Positions 35,556-47,244 of a stretch of DNA of 64,000 bases are shown in pieces; position 1 is the stretch's first letter, and each line of letters begins with the position of its first letter. Below the pieces are notes generated by a model. That model ran no database searches and was not told the DNA's origin. It saw only the letters and a list, made by a program, of their open reading frames with translations. Position numbers and translations under genes: made by a program. Source of the stretch: Cladosporium halotolerans. Lineage: Eukaryota. The stretch lies in assembly GCF_011745625.1 (NCBI RefSeq), contig NW_027191479.1, positions 248,001 to 312,000 on the forward strand, given 5' to 3'.

Positions 35556-38500
35556 ATGAGGAGTCTCAATGTCTCCCCTACCCGATGGGTGGGCTTGTTT
35601 GCTCTGTTGTGTGCCTTGCTTGCATTGATCACGCCGGCCGGTAAGCAAGATGTCCACTGGATCCGCCTAATTTGGCGGTCAAGTGAAATGTTCTCGACGA
35701 AAGTGACATTGCTGACGTGTAACTACCATCTTAGTGAGCGTCAAAAAAGAAAACTTCAAGACATGCGACCAATCTGGTTTCTGCAAGCGCAATCGAGCAT
35801 ACGCCGACACTGCGTCTACCACCTCCAACTTCCAATCGCCCTACAAGCTAGATTCGACCTCGGTCAAATTAGAGAAGGGCGTTCTGACAGCAACCGTCCT
35901 CAAGTCTCTTTCTCCGTCCGAGAATGTCCGCCTTCCCCTTACTGTGTCTTTCCTGGAGTCTGGTGTGGCTAGGGTGACAATGGATGAGGAGAAGCGTCAG
36001 AAGGGGGAAATCGAACTTAGGCATGGCAGCAAAGCTAGGAAAGAGCGGTACAACGAGGCTGAGAAGTGGGCTATTGTTGGTGGCACCAAGGTTAGCACTG
36101 GTGCGGCCGTTCATGAGGCAGACGACAGCGCAACCAGAGTCGCCTACGGCCCTGAAAGCAAGTTCGAGGCTGTCGTCACTCACTCGCCTTTCGGGCTCGA
36201 GTTCAAGAGGGACGGCGAAACTCAGATCAAGTTCAACGACCGCGGCTTCCTGAACATGGAGCACTGGCGACCAAAGGTCGACAAGCCCAAGCCAGCTGAG
36301 GGCGAGGAGAACAAGGAGCCTGCCGGCGAAGACGAGAGTACCTGGTGGGAAGAGTCCTTTGGTGGAAACACCGACTCCAAGCCCCGTGGTCCCGAGTCTG
36401 TGGCTTTGGATATCAGCTTCCCCGGCTACAGCCACGTCTTCGGTGCGGCCGAGCACACCGGCCCTCTTAGCTTGAAGGAGACTCGTGGCGGTGACGGCAA
36501 ATATGACGACCCGTACAGGCTGCACAACAGCGACGTTTTCGAATATGAAATGGATAGCCCAATGACACTGTATGGCTCCATTCCGTTCATGCAGGCGCAG
36601 AAGAAGGACTCCACTGTCGGTGTCTTCTGGCTCAGCGCAGCCGAGACTTGGATCGACATCACGAAGTCTTCGTCGTCTGCGAACCCACTCAGCCTGGGAG
36701 TTGGCTCGCAGACGACCACCACATCGCACTGGATTAGCGAGAGCGGACTTCTGGATGTGTTTGTCTTCCTAGGCCCGAAGCCGCAAGATGTCATCGGCGC
36801 CTACGGTGAGCTCACCGGTTACTCTCAGCTCCCGCAGCAGTTCGCCATCGCCTATCACCAGTGCCGCTGGAACTACGTTACCGACGAAGACGTCAAGGAC
36901 GTCGACCGCAAGTTTGACAAGCATAACATTCCTTACGACGTCATCTGGCTGGACATCGAATACACCGACGAGAAGAAGTACTTCACGTGGGACCCGCTGA
37001 CCTTCCCCAACCCCTTGGACATGCAGAAACAGCTCGACGACCATGAGAGGAAGCTCGTCTACATCATCGATCCCCACATCAAGAACACCGGCAACTACCC
37101 CATCATCGACGAGATGAAGTCCAAGGACCTCGCTGTCCACAACAAGGACGACAGCATCTACGAGGGCTGGTGCTGGCCGGGCAGCAGCCACTGGGTCGAC
37201 GCATTCAACCCCAAAGCTAAAGAGTGGTGGAAGACACTCTTCAAGTACGCCAGCTTCAAGGGAACCGCCAAAAACTCGTGGCTTTGGAATGACATGAATG
37301 AACCGTCGGTTTTCAATGGCCCTGAGACCACGATGCCGAAAGACAATCTGCACTACGGGGGCTGGGAGCACCGTGACATTCACAACGTCAACGGCCTGAC
37401 ATTCGTCAACGCCACTTACGATGCTCTACTTGCTCGTGATAAGGAAGAGGAGAGGCACAATGTTCGGCCGTTTATTCTGACCCGCTCGTTCTACTCCGGC
37501 TCGCAGCGTATGGGTGCTATGTGGACTGGCGACAACCAAGCCGTGTGGTCCCATCTTGAGGCTTCTATCCCCATGGTCTTGTCTATGAACATCGCTGGCT
37601 TCCCCTTCGCCGGTGCAGACGTTGGCGGCTTCTTCGGCAACCCGTCCTCGGAGCTGCTCACCCGCTGGTACCAGGTCGGCACATTCTACCCTTTCTTCCG
37701 CGGCCACGCGCACATCGACACCCGCCGCCGCGAGCCCTATCTGCTCGACGATCCTTACAAGAAAATCATCACCCAGGCCCTTCGCCTGCGCTACTCCCTC
37801 CTGCCCGCATGGTACACCGCGTTCCACGAGGCCTCCACAACGGGCGCCCCCATTCTCCGTCCCAACTACTACGTTCACCCCGGAGACGAGAAGGGCTTTG
37901 CCATCGACGACCAGTTCTACCTCGGCTCCACTGGCCTGCTTGCCAAGCCCGTTACCGCCGAGGGCGCTACCAGCACGGAGGTATACTTCGCCGACGATGA
38001 GAAATATTACGACTACTTCGACTTCTGGACCTACCAAGGCCCCGGCAAGCACGCTGTCTCCGCGCCCCTCGACACCATCCCGCTGTTCATGCAGGGCGGC
38101 AACATCATCCCCCGCCGTGACCGCCCGCGCCGCTCCTCGGGCCTCATGAGGTACGACCCTTTCACGCTTGTCGTTGCTGTGGGCAAGGATGGCGATGCGC
38201 AGGGTACGCTGTACCTCGATGATGGCGAGAGCTTCGATTTCCAGCAGGGCGCTTTCATCCACCGCCGCTTTAGCTTTGATGGCAGGGCTGGCTCGCTGGC
38301 CTCTGTGGATCTGGCGGATGCCGGTGCGGCGTCGTCGAAGGCTGCCAAGGAGTACTTGAAGAGCATGGAGAATGTCAGGGTTGAGAGAGTCGTCGTTGTG
38401 GGTGCGCCGGCTTCTTGGGAAGGTAAGACGGAGGTGGATGTCAGTGAAGAGGTTGGTGGTAAGGCGAAGAGCGAGGGTGTTAGGAAGGCTGCACTCGAGT

Positions 38501-38589
38501 GGCATGCTGCCGAGGGCGGCAAGGCTGCTTGGGCTGTGGTCAGGAACCCGGCTGTTAGGATTGGTGCTGGGTGGAAGCTGCAATTCTAG
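35556..38589 (+). CDS. GLS2: Glucosidase II alpha subunit (GH31); intron 35641-35734
   Basis: Signal peptide, FKTCDQSGFCKRNR, catalytic WNDMNEPSVF, WTGDN, GADVGGFFGNP, FFRGHAH. Confidence 0.95.
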
Positions 38590-38703
38590 GAGCGCGGGCG
38601 TGAGTATAGAGTGTGAATAAGACACGATCGATGTCGCTAGAAAATGGTAAAGCCAATTGACAAAATTTCGACCATTCCTTGCTACAATGACAACCCGAAA
38701 TGT

Positions 38704-39339
38704 CTACGAACCCAGCTTCCTGGCGGCCCTCACAAGCATGTACTCCTCATACTTCAGCTCTCCAGGCATGACCTTGACATCCCGCAGCTCAAACCCGACT
38801 CGCGGATAGATCCCCTGTGCACTCGCGTTCGCCATCACAAAGATCGGCAGCCCCTCCACATCTGCTATCTCACAAGCCTTCTCAAGCAACAACTTCCCCA
38901 ACCCTAACCCTTTCGCTCCGTGATCCACTCCGAACAGCTCGATGACCAAATGCGCTTTGCCGCTCATGTAGCTCTCCCGCGCAGCTGCGAGATTCATCGC
39001 CACGGCTTCGTAGTCTCCCGCGTCGTGGTCGGACGTTGGGAAGAAGGTGCTGTAGAATCCGGCTCCTTGCTCGGTTGGGGCGAAGAGTTGCATTGAGAGC
39101 ACGCCGAGAGATGTGTCGGGATCGGATGGTGAGGTTACTGTTAGGAGGTGCGAGCTTTTAGGCGAGGCGATTTTGCTGCTGAATATCTGAGTCCACCAAG
39201 AGCGGACATTTGGCGTGTCAGGGAAGAGTTTGGTGATGTAGGGATTTGTCGGATGGAAGGCGCGGGGGACGATTGTTTCGAGGGAAGGGAGGTTGGCTGA
39301 TGTTGCGGGCTGGACGGTGTAGGGTGGAGGCCGTGTCAT
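38704..39339 (-). CDS. GNAT family N-acetyltransferase
   Basis: Acetyl-CoA-binding motif (FGVDHGAKGLGLGKLLL), then A...YPRVGF; 211 aa. Confidence 0.85.
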   Translation of the reverse strand: MTRPPPYTVQPATSANLPSLETIVPRAFHPTNPYITKLFPDTPNVRSWWTQIFSSKIASPKSSHLLTVTSPSDPDTSLGVLSMQLFAPTEQGAGFYSTFFPTSDHDAGDYEAVAMNLAAARESYMSGKAHLVIELFGVDHGAKGLGLGKLLLEKACEIADVEGLPIFVMANASAQGIYPRVGFELRDVKVMPGELKYEEYMLVRAARKLGS

Positions 39340-40078
39340 TCTTTTTGCAATGTTCGATTATGCCAGCTTTTTTTGTGTGATCTTTTCTTTTGATTTGCGA
39401 TGTAATTGTATGTCAACTGAGCATTTGATCGTTTTGTCCCTCGTTATCAGCCATTGAGAATGAGTCGTTCGAAACTTTGTTGAAGGGCGCATTCAACGCC
39501 GGTTGCTCCACAACATCCACAACATCGGCCTTTGACTCACGGCGAGCGTTGATTTACATGTCCTTGTGTTACACAGAAATATAGATAGTCGTCGAATAAT
39601 CCATGCAATACCTGGTGTTATTTCGGGACAGAGGCTGGAAGATACTGCTAATTGACATTGCGTTGAGCAGCTTAGCTCGCGTCTATAAGCTACCTAGGTA
39701 GACCTTTTGGGCTCATCAATCCAAAGGCTGCATGGCACGAATATCGGCTGAGAGACTTATTTAGTGCTATACTAGATCTTCTGGAAGCTGCTGCCCTCGG
39801 TGAACGCTCTCACCATCCTGGGTGTTCCAAAAGTCCTTCTGTGTCTCGGACGTATGACTGCAGTTGATGATGCCCGCCATAAAAGATTTGTTCATAGATA
39901 ATCGCAACGACGTCTTCGAAAAGTTTGGTGGTTGTCAGAATTATATGTTGCTTTCTGCAACGAATGCCAATCCGAGTATTAAGGGAAGCATTCTTTTATC
40001 AACAAAAAGAGCCTTCTATCAAGCAGGCAAGAAATGGTCAAAAAGTCATACCCGAGCTTTGCTCGGGAAGATTTTGGT

Positions 40079-40156
40079 TGCATCGGCCGGGAATCGAACC
40101 CGGGGCTGGCCGAAACTGAATGGCAACGGCCAATTTTACCACTAAACCACCAATGC
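40079..40156 (-). tRNA. tRNA-Gly(GCC) with a 7-nt intron (40120-40114)
   Basis: Minus strand reads GCATTGG TGGTTTAGTGGTAAAAT TGGCCG TT GCC A [TTCAGTT] T CGGCCA GCCCCGGGTTCGATTCCCGG CCGATGC A. Acceptor, D, anticodon and T stems pair; mature length 71 nt. Confidence 0.93.
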
Positions 40157-41472
40157 GATGCCCAATCGAAGATTACACAGCTCATGAACGTTGTGTAATA
40201 CCCGCAGAACCGATACTGAACTGGCAGCGACCAAACACTTTCGTCAGTCAAGGTAAGGTACCTTGTAGTCTGCTAGTCATGGTGGGCACTCTTGAAAGGC
40301 TTCCGCCAATGCTTCGCGGCTGGAATAGTAGGGCACTATCACGGACACTGTTGCCGAGTCGAAACAGCCACTGGGTCATTCGAACCCTCTTCCAAAGTCA
40401 AGGATATTTCAATAACGCCTCCATGTGCGTTTCCGACAGAAATTCGCGTCGACTTGCCATCGGCGAAGGATGACAATTACATTGTTCAGCCTCGATCGGC
40501 CACGTGCGTCACACGCGTCTGGTTTCGGTTGCGATAAGGTCGTCGATGAAGCAGCAGATGGCGCCCGGCCAAGAGGAGTATATTCCAAATCAAGCCACAA
40601 CGGAACCGCCCCGACGCCTCTTTGCATACCGCGCGCGGTCAAACCCACGGCTTCTTCGTATCCCTTGCACCGTAAACGAACATAGATAAGCACCATGATG
40701 GCTTGAATTGATCTGGACGAGTGCATGGCATCTATTATTTGCCGTGAGAGTCGCCCGACCTGCTTCACCGCACGTGGATTTGGAATGTTAGCGCCTCTTT
40801 CTCCACTCCTATACAGCGCACACGCGCCAGGCGCGGAGCAGATGTCAGATATACCACACTCGGGTGAGAAGGATCCGAAGGAATAATGCATCCAGGTACA
40901 AAAATTCCTCATACTACGGGTATACCGAAGGAGTGGATGGCCAATACAAAGTGTGCACGCGGGGTGATTTGTCACCGACCCTCGCAACCGAATCATGAAA
41001 CATTCGCAACGCTTTTGGCTCCAACGGCTGAGATTGGGTGATTTTCGCCCACTACGTACTTGCTCACCGCGGCAGGATCGACGAGCTCATGCAGTCAGAA
41101 AACAGAATTCGACTTGTCACGCTTACGACACACTTCTCGAGCATGCACGCATCGGGTAAAAATTCTAAGTTGAGAAACCTGGCTGCTATCGCCGTGGATA
41201 CCTTCTCACACCCTATTATCGCTTGAAGCGTGGAATGGTCTCCGAGTCCCAGCAGAGCGGTTCGATACTCAAATCACTCACTCCTTCATGTGAGACGTCC
41301 ACCAGACCGCCTCCTAGCGTCAGAAATGCCCTAAGCACGACAAATCTTTCCTCATACGTGTCTATGCCCAACCATGAAGTATATACACCCTCTGCACTGC
41401 CTCACTCGCAATCCTTTGACCATCCTTGCACAGCTCCATTGATCAGTCAGCCCAACATTGCGGACAATCATC

Positions 41473-41715
41473 ATGGCCGAGGCAATTCGTGAGCCGAATC
41501 CCACATCCTCCACACTTTCGTCGTCCCGATCCAGCACCTGCAGTATGCACCGGTTCGTCAATGAACGCGAGGTCGAATCTATCTTGCGGTGGAGTGACCA
41601 GGTCCCAGTGAAGGCCTTCAACAGCAACCCTCCAACAACGTCGGACCCTGCAATTCAAGCTTATATCGAGGCTAAAATGGCTTTGCTGCGGAGCCACGCG
41701 CCCACGAAGGGTTGA
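41473..41715 (+). CDS. Possible small hypothetical protein (80 aa)
   Basis: ATCATGG start context; protein-like helical segments (EREVESILRWSDQV, IQAYIEAKMALL); no recognised family. Confidence 0.35.
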   Translation: MAEAIREPNPTSSTLSSSRSSTCSMHRFVNEREVESILRWSDQVPVKAFNSNPPTTSDPAIQAYIEAKMALLRSHAPTKG

Positions 41716-42427
41716 GTCTCTGTTCGCCATGCGGTACTAGCCTGCGAGGCCACTTTCATCATATTCTAGTCTGGGACGCGGAACATCTTGATGATTACCT
41801 ATACATCATCCAACATCACTGGGCTGGCGCGCCCACATCCACTCGGCTTTCCCGCTTTGGTCCTTATCGCAACGGGAATATGTCACGGAACGATCGCTCC
41901 CGGAGGATTGCCTTTTCTCGTCTGCAACATCGCAGAACTGGCCGGATTCTCTATTGATCTTGCGACACCAAGGGGTGTGGGTCACGACTTGATGTGGGGA
42001 CCATTAACGTAGGACACGCGCGACAGCCTCCCGCCACTTAGCAATCATGCGCCTACGACAAAGACGACAAGAACACATTCGGAAGACTTCCCACAACCCC
42101 CGCCATGCTCGAAAACCTCCGACCGCGGTCCGCCGCAAAGTCATTCTTGCGCTGGGCCGCTCAGATTGCAGGCAATGGACATCAAACTCGCACCAGACGT
42201 CCCTCAAACAGCGTCTTGTGCTCACCGACCTTGCAATGGTCATCCTCGATGTCACTTGTCATGCCAGTTGGAGGGCTGCTCATTGATTGCTCGCTCGCTC
42301 AGCCACACGTCTGGACATCGCGAGCCGCCGTCGTGGAATCTACAAAGACTGTCCGCTCGAGATTCATCATGCACTTGTGGCGTTTCGCTCTTCTTGCGTC
42401 TCAGCGACACTGCCACAGCTTCGCGCA

Positions 42428-43717
42428 ATGTCTTCTGAGCATGCTCCTTCTCCAAATGTACCAGGCCAAGTGAGTGACTGGGCTCCGACGCCCATCAGCG
42501 AGGGTTTCGGCGCCAAAGAGATTGGGTGGCAGGCACTCGGTCCTGCCATAGCATGTACAGCTCTTGCCACTGCTGTCGTTGCGTTACGATGGTATACGAG
42601 ATGCCGAATCGCTCGGTGTTTAGGCTTGGACGATATCATCATTCTCTTTTCCATCGTACGTGCCGCCCAATCGGAAGAGTCATTCACTGCTCAATGGCTA
42701 ACAGAACCATTAGATGCTCAGCTGGTGCATGACTGCAATCATCGGCGCCGAGCTCAACGAAGGTCTGGGCGTCTACGAAGGCGGCCGGCCCGTCGACACA
42801 CAGCATCTAGCCAAGCTAGTCATCATCAACAACAACCTCTGGGCCCTCGCCGTGAACATCACCAAGGCATCCATCCTAGCGCAGTACCTCCGCATCTTCA
42901 GCAATCGTCTCACTCGCATCTTCTGCTACATACTTCTCACTTTACTCGTCCCGGCCGCCTGCTGGAGCATATTCGCCGGTACATTCCTTTGCGCCCCGGT
43001 CGCTAAGCTATGGGAACCGCGCCTACAGGGACATTGCATGGATCCACGCGTGTACTGGCTGTCGGCCGCAGCAGTCAACATCAGCATGGATTTCACCGTC
43101 CTCCTACTCCCGTTACCAGCTATCGCGCAGCTGCGGCTTCCGCAAAAGCAAAAACTATGCCTTGTCGTCATGTTCGTGCTCGGCTTCTTCGTGTGCGCTG
43201 TCAGCGTCGTGCGGCTTGCACTCGTGTTCTTCTTAGAGCGGAGCGGTCGGCTGATCGGTATGTGTCCAATGGATCACAATAATGAGCGGTTACCTGAGAG
43301 CGATGGCTGATCTTTACACTAGAGTCCGGCATTCAAGCCATCACTTGGTCCGCGGTCGAAGTCAACATCGGCATCGTCTGCGCCTCGCTCATCGCTCTGA
43401 AGCCCTTGCTCGCGCATTTCTGGCCCGGTCTCCTCGCCGAGACAGAATTGCCTAGGCACTGTATGCGCATTTCGATGGTACAGACTTCAGTCGACGACAG
43501 CAGAGGAGTTGTCGCTAGAGTCACAAGCACTAGCTCGCCAATTCCCCCTGTATTACCGGCTTTGATCAAGGAGAAGAGGAGCGGGAGCTTTTTGCACCGA
43601 GCGAGTCTTGCTACGACGCTCTTCGGGGCGCCACAGGCGGAGGGCGTGAGTTTTGTTGGTATGATTAACGCTGGGATGAGTCTATACTCAAGGAAGGATA
43701 CATTGACGGAGCGTTGA
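42428..43717 (+). CDS. PTH11-like integral membrane protein (fungal rhodopsin/GPCR-like domain, no CFEM); 2 introns (~42656-42713, ~43258-43322)
   Basis: LRWYTRCR...LGLDD, TKASILAQYLRIF, CAPVAKLW, NISMDFTVLLLPLP, QKLCLVVMFVLGFFVCAVSVVRL, WSAVEVNIGIVCASL. Confidence 0.88.
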
Positions 43718-43762
43718 TCATATATGGATAGACATTCTTGCATTCACCTCTCTATCTAGCTT

Positions 43763-44581
43763 TCATGACCTGCCATTACGCCTTCCGGTTCCATTTTTCC
43801 TTGTCTTGGGGACTTGCAAAGACGGCAGGTCACACCTCCCAGCCCATTCAAGGCTCCGTTGCTCTGAATTGGCCTCCTGGTTTCCCGCGCTGTCTCCAGA
43901 CGTACTCCAGCCTCGCACGTCGCCAAATTCGCTCACGGTCCTTGCCGTGGGTAATCCTGGCGCAGCAGCGTTGTCACACGATAAATCCATGTTCAAGGTG
44001 GCATCACCAGCAAGTGTGCGAAATCTCGAGGACGCTGCACTCGGACATATTAGAGTGCGCCTGACCGTTCCAGAGCTCCCAATGCGTCCAATGCCCTCCG
44101 CCTGCCCGGCTTCCACTTGCGCACAGTCGTATGTGTCGCCAGTCACACTCCTGCTGTACACACTCGATCCAGACTCACTACTGACCATTCGCCCCATAGC
44201 TGGCCTCTCCAAGTCCTTCGTCGCTGAATTTCCCGTCCGCCGACTTCTCTCCCTAATCAGTGGTTTATTTCTCCCGGCCGGCTGCAGCGCCCTCCGCAAC
44301 GCTGCCGAAGACTTCGCATACTTCTCCGGATTATACACCGGCAATGGCGGCAGTGGTGAAGCCGCCATCGGCAGCCCGAGTAGCCTCGTCTGGCTTCTAA
44401 TCCTCTTCAGTGACGGCCTGGGCGCCAGGAAGCTAGCGACGGAGGGCGCTTGCGGAGCGTAGATTCCCAGACCGTAGGCTTTTTCTGGGCGGGTCGGGTA
44501 CAGATCGTAGAGGGAGTCTTCGCTCGGGTGCACGAGCGTGTGGCTGGAGAGAGACGAGGCGGAGCGGCATTTGAAAGACAT
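43763..44581 (-). CDS. Hypothetical Ser/Pro-rich protein
   Basis: Open frame from ATG 44581 (MSFKCRSASS...), low-complexity motifs typical of disordered fungal proteins (SPLPPLP, SSVYSRS). Confidence 0.5.
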   Translation of the reverse strand: MSFKCRSASSLSSHTLVHPSEDSLYDLYPTRPEKAYGLGIYAPQAPSVASFLAPRPSLKRIRSQTRLLGLPMAASPLPPLPVYNPEKYAKSSAALRRALQPAGRNKPLIRERSRRTGNSATKDLERPAMGRMVSSESGSSVYSRSVTGDTYDCAQVEAGQAEGIGRIGSSGTVRRTLICPSAASSRFRTLAGDATLNMDLSCDNAAAPGLPTARTVSEFGDVRGWSTSGDSAGNQEANSEQRSLEWAGRCDLPSLQVPKTRKNGTGRRNGRS

Positions 44582-45532
44582 TTCGGAGAACAGGGGTGCG
44601 GATTCCGGTTTGTAGGGGAGTGTGAAGGGCAGGAGGGAGGGCGGTTTGTTGACGCCGAGAAGGTGGGAGAGGTACGGATCTTGCGTTTTGACTGTGAGCG
44701 TGAAGAGGGCAATGGAGGTGATACTGTGGACGATACTATGTAAGTCATGCTCGTTCGCCTGACATAGTGGTCTACTTACACTGCGAGGACAGACCCCGCC
44801 ACGCATGCCCGCTGCACCATGCAATGAGTGCCTACATCGATTGCTGGCGAATAGCGAGAAGCGCGCGCAGACTTGAGACAGAAAGGCTGCTTCGCGGCCG
44901 TGAAGGCAATCGCTAGCCCAGAAGCAAGCATCCAAGCAGTCACGACGAAGCGCAGCAAACTCTTGGCTGCTGCTTGAGTCCATGTGGGAGAGTACGAGTA
45001 CCCTGGACCAGATCGTCTTGCCAGCTGCCAAGCGGCCGTGTTGCTCAGCCCGATCGAAATCATCGTGGCGGAACCCTACATCTATTAGCTCTGGGGCCAT
45101 ATCAGCTCCGCGGACGTCTTACGGCAAACAAAAGAAGTGATGCAGAAGGCAGTAGGTCTCTGGTGATGACTCCTGTGTGGATCAGGCATGCCGTGCTAGA
45201 TATGACATAGATTGAGCTATAAAATAGAATATGCTGGCAGAACACTATGGCTCTGTGGCGTAATCCGGATCGCTCTCGCGGGGGACTTTCGTTTGGTGGT
45301 CTTCGAGTTAGCTTGCGGCCCATGGTCGTGTTCTTCGTTTGGAGTGTACGTAAACTTGCGAGAAACCATCAACAGCATAGCCGGTATCCGATCATCATGT
45401 ACCTGTTGCAAGAATTCATGTCAACTCGAGGCTGGCAAGCGTTGGAATTCCTGGCGACGAGTGGCGGGAATCCGGAGGAGGATACATTCCAGGGCAGCAA
45501 GGCGGCGCCAGCCACAGCATGGTCTCGTGGCA

Positions 45533-47244
45533 CTACAACTTTGCCTTGACGGGTGCTTTGCTAAAGTCTTTCGCATCTCTAGCCGCCCATTCGCGAATAA
45601 TCTTGCGCTGGATTTTGCCGCTGGGTGATTTTGGGACTTCGTCAATGAACTAGACGCTGATCAGCAAGAGCACACGCATTCAGCGGGTATGGAACGCACC
45701 TTTACTCCACCGTCTAGTCGCTTGTGCTTAGCCACCTGCTTGGCCGTCCACTCTTGAATGTCTTTCTCACTCGCTTTGCCTTTCGAGGCTTCCTTCAGAG
45801 CAACGTATGCCCTTGGCAGCTCCTCATGATCGCCCTGAAGTGCCACGACCGCCGCATCGGCCACGTGCTCGTTCTCCAGCAATACCGCCTCCAGCTCCGC
45901 GGGAGCAACCTGGAAGCCTTTCACCTTGATCAACTCCTTTTTTCGATCCACGATCCAATACCACCCTTTCTCATCTCTAATAGCAACATCGCCCGACCTC
46001 AAGAAGCCCTCCTCGTCGAACGTCTCGCTAGTAGCCCTTTCATTCCGCCAATACCCCAGGCAAACATTCGGTCCTCGCACGCAAATCTCTCCGCGCTCGC
46101 CTACGGCAGCTTCTTTGCCTTCGTCGTCGATTAACTTCATCTCAGAGTTGGGATCGATAAACCCCACCGACCCTGACCGGTCATCCATCCCGCCCGGCAC
46201 ATGCAGACATGAGCATGTCACCTCTGTCATGCCCCAAGTTTGGACAACTTTGAGCGCAAAGCGCTCCGATACTTCATTCTGCAGCTCCTTTGACAGCGGC
46301 GCCGCGCCGCAGAGGATGTTGACGAGCGAGCTCAGATCGTAGTTGGACGTTTCGGGCCTCTTCGCGAGCATGACGAGGATGGGCGGCGCGGTCTGGATAT
46401 GTGTTATACGGTGGTTTTGGATGTGCGAGAGCCACTGCGTATAGTTGAACGAGCGCATGAAATAGCAGGGCGTTTGGTTGATGGCGGCGGCGGTTATAGA
46501 CCACAGTTGTCCGTAGGCGTGGTAGAGGGGCAGGAAGCCGAGCCAGCGTTCGGGGGGAGCTTTGCCGGGTGGCTGCTCGAGGCGGCGCATATAGAGCGAT
46601 TGCTCGACGTTGGCGATTACGTTCTCATGCGAGATCATGACACCTTTGGGCAGGCCAGTCGTGCCGCTGGAGAAGTTGAGGACCGCAACTCGAGTCCTCG
46701 ATTCTTCTGGGCTCATGCGATGCCATTGCCAGTTCTGGCTTGCGGCTTCGGATCCGAGCATGCTCAGCCAGCTCTTTACTCCCTGTTCTGGTTGGGGTGA
46801 CTTGTCGCTGAAGAGGTAGATGCGCTCAAGAGGGAATTTGGCTTTGGACGCCGCCTTCAGCACAACATCCAGGAACTGCGGTTCGACGAGGATCATCTTT
46901 GCTTCTGTGTTCTCCAGCTGGAATGTCGTCTCGTCGACTCCGTAAGCCGGGTTGCAACCGGTGAATATCCTTCCCGAGCCAGCGATTGCCAGGTATGCCA
47001 CTGGCACAAATATGTGATTACTGCTGTACATCATAACCGCCTCGTTCTGTTCGATCCCGAGCTGATCGAGACCGACACCCAATCTCTTGACCCATGATAG
47101 CAACTGCTTCGGCGAGAGGGAGTTCGAAGTGTCGTCGGCATCTATCCAGATGGGTTCCTTGGAAGGCTTTCCGTTCTCGGGAAAGACGTAGGAGAGAACA
47201 TCTGTTTGCGGGATGTCGATCTGGAAGGGTGATTTCTGAGGCAT
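45533..47244 (-). CDS. 4-coumarate:CoA ligase-like acyl-CoA synthetase with peroxisomal PTS1 (-AKL); intron ~45699-45651
   Basis: AMP-binding FSSGTTGLPKGV, QTWGMTE, RSGD, DRKKELIKVKGFQVAPAELE; last exon FIDEVPKSPSGKIQR...KAKL*. Confidence 0.92.

Noticed and set aside
39690..39701. 12-bp palindrome CTACCTAGGTAG
   Set aside because: Isolated, with no flanking TIR or TSD structure; plausible by chance.
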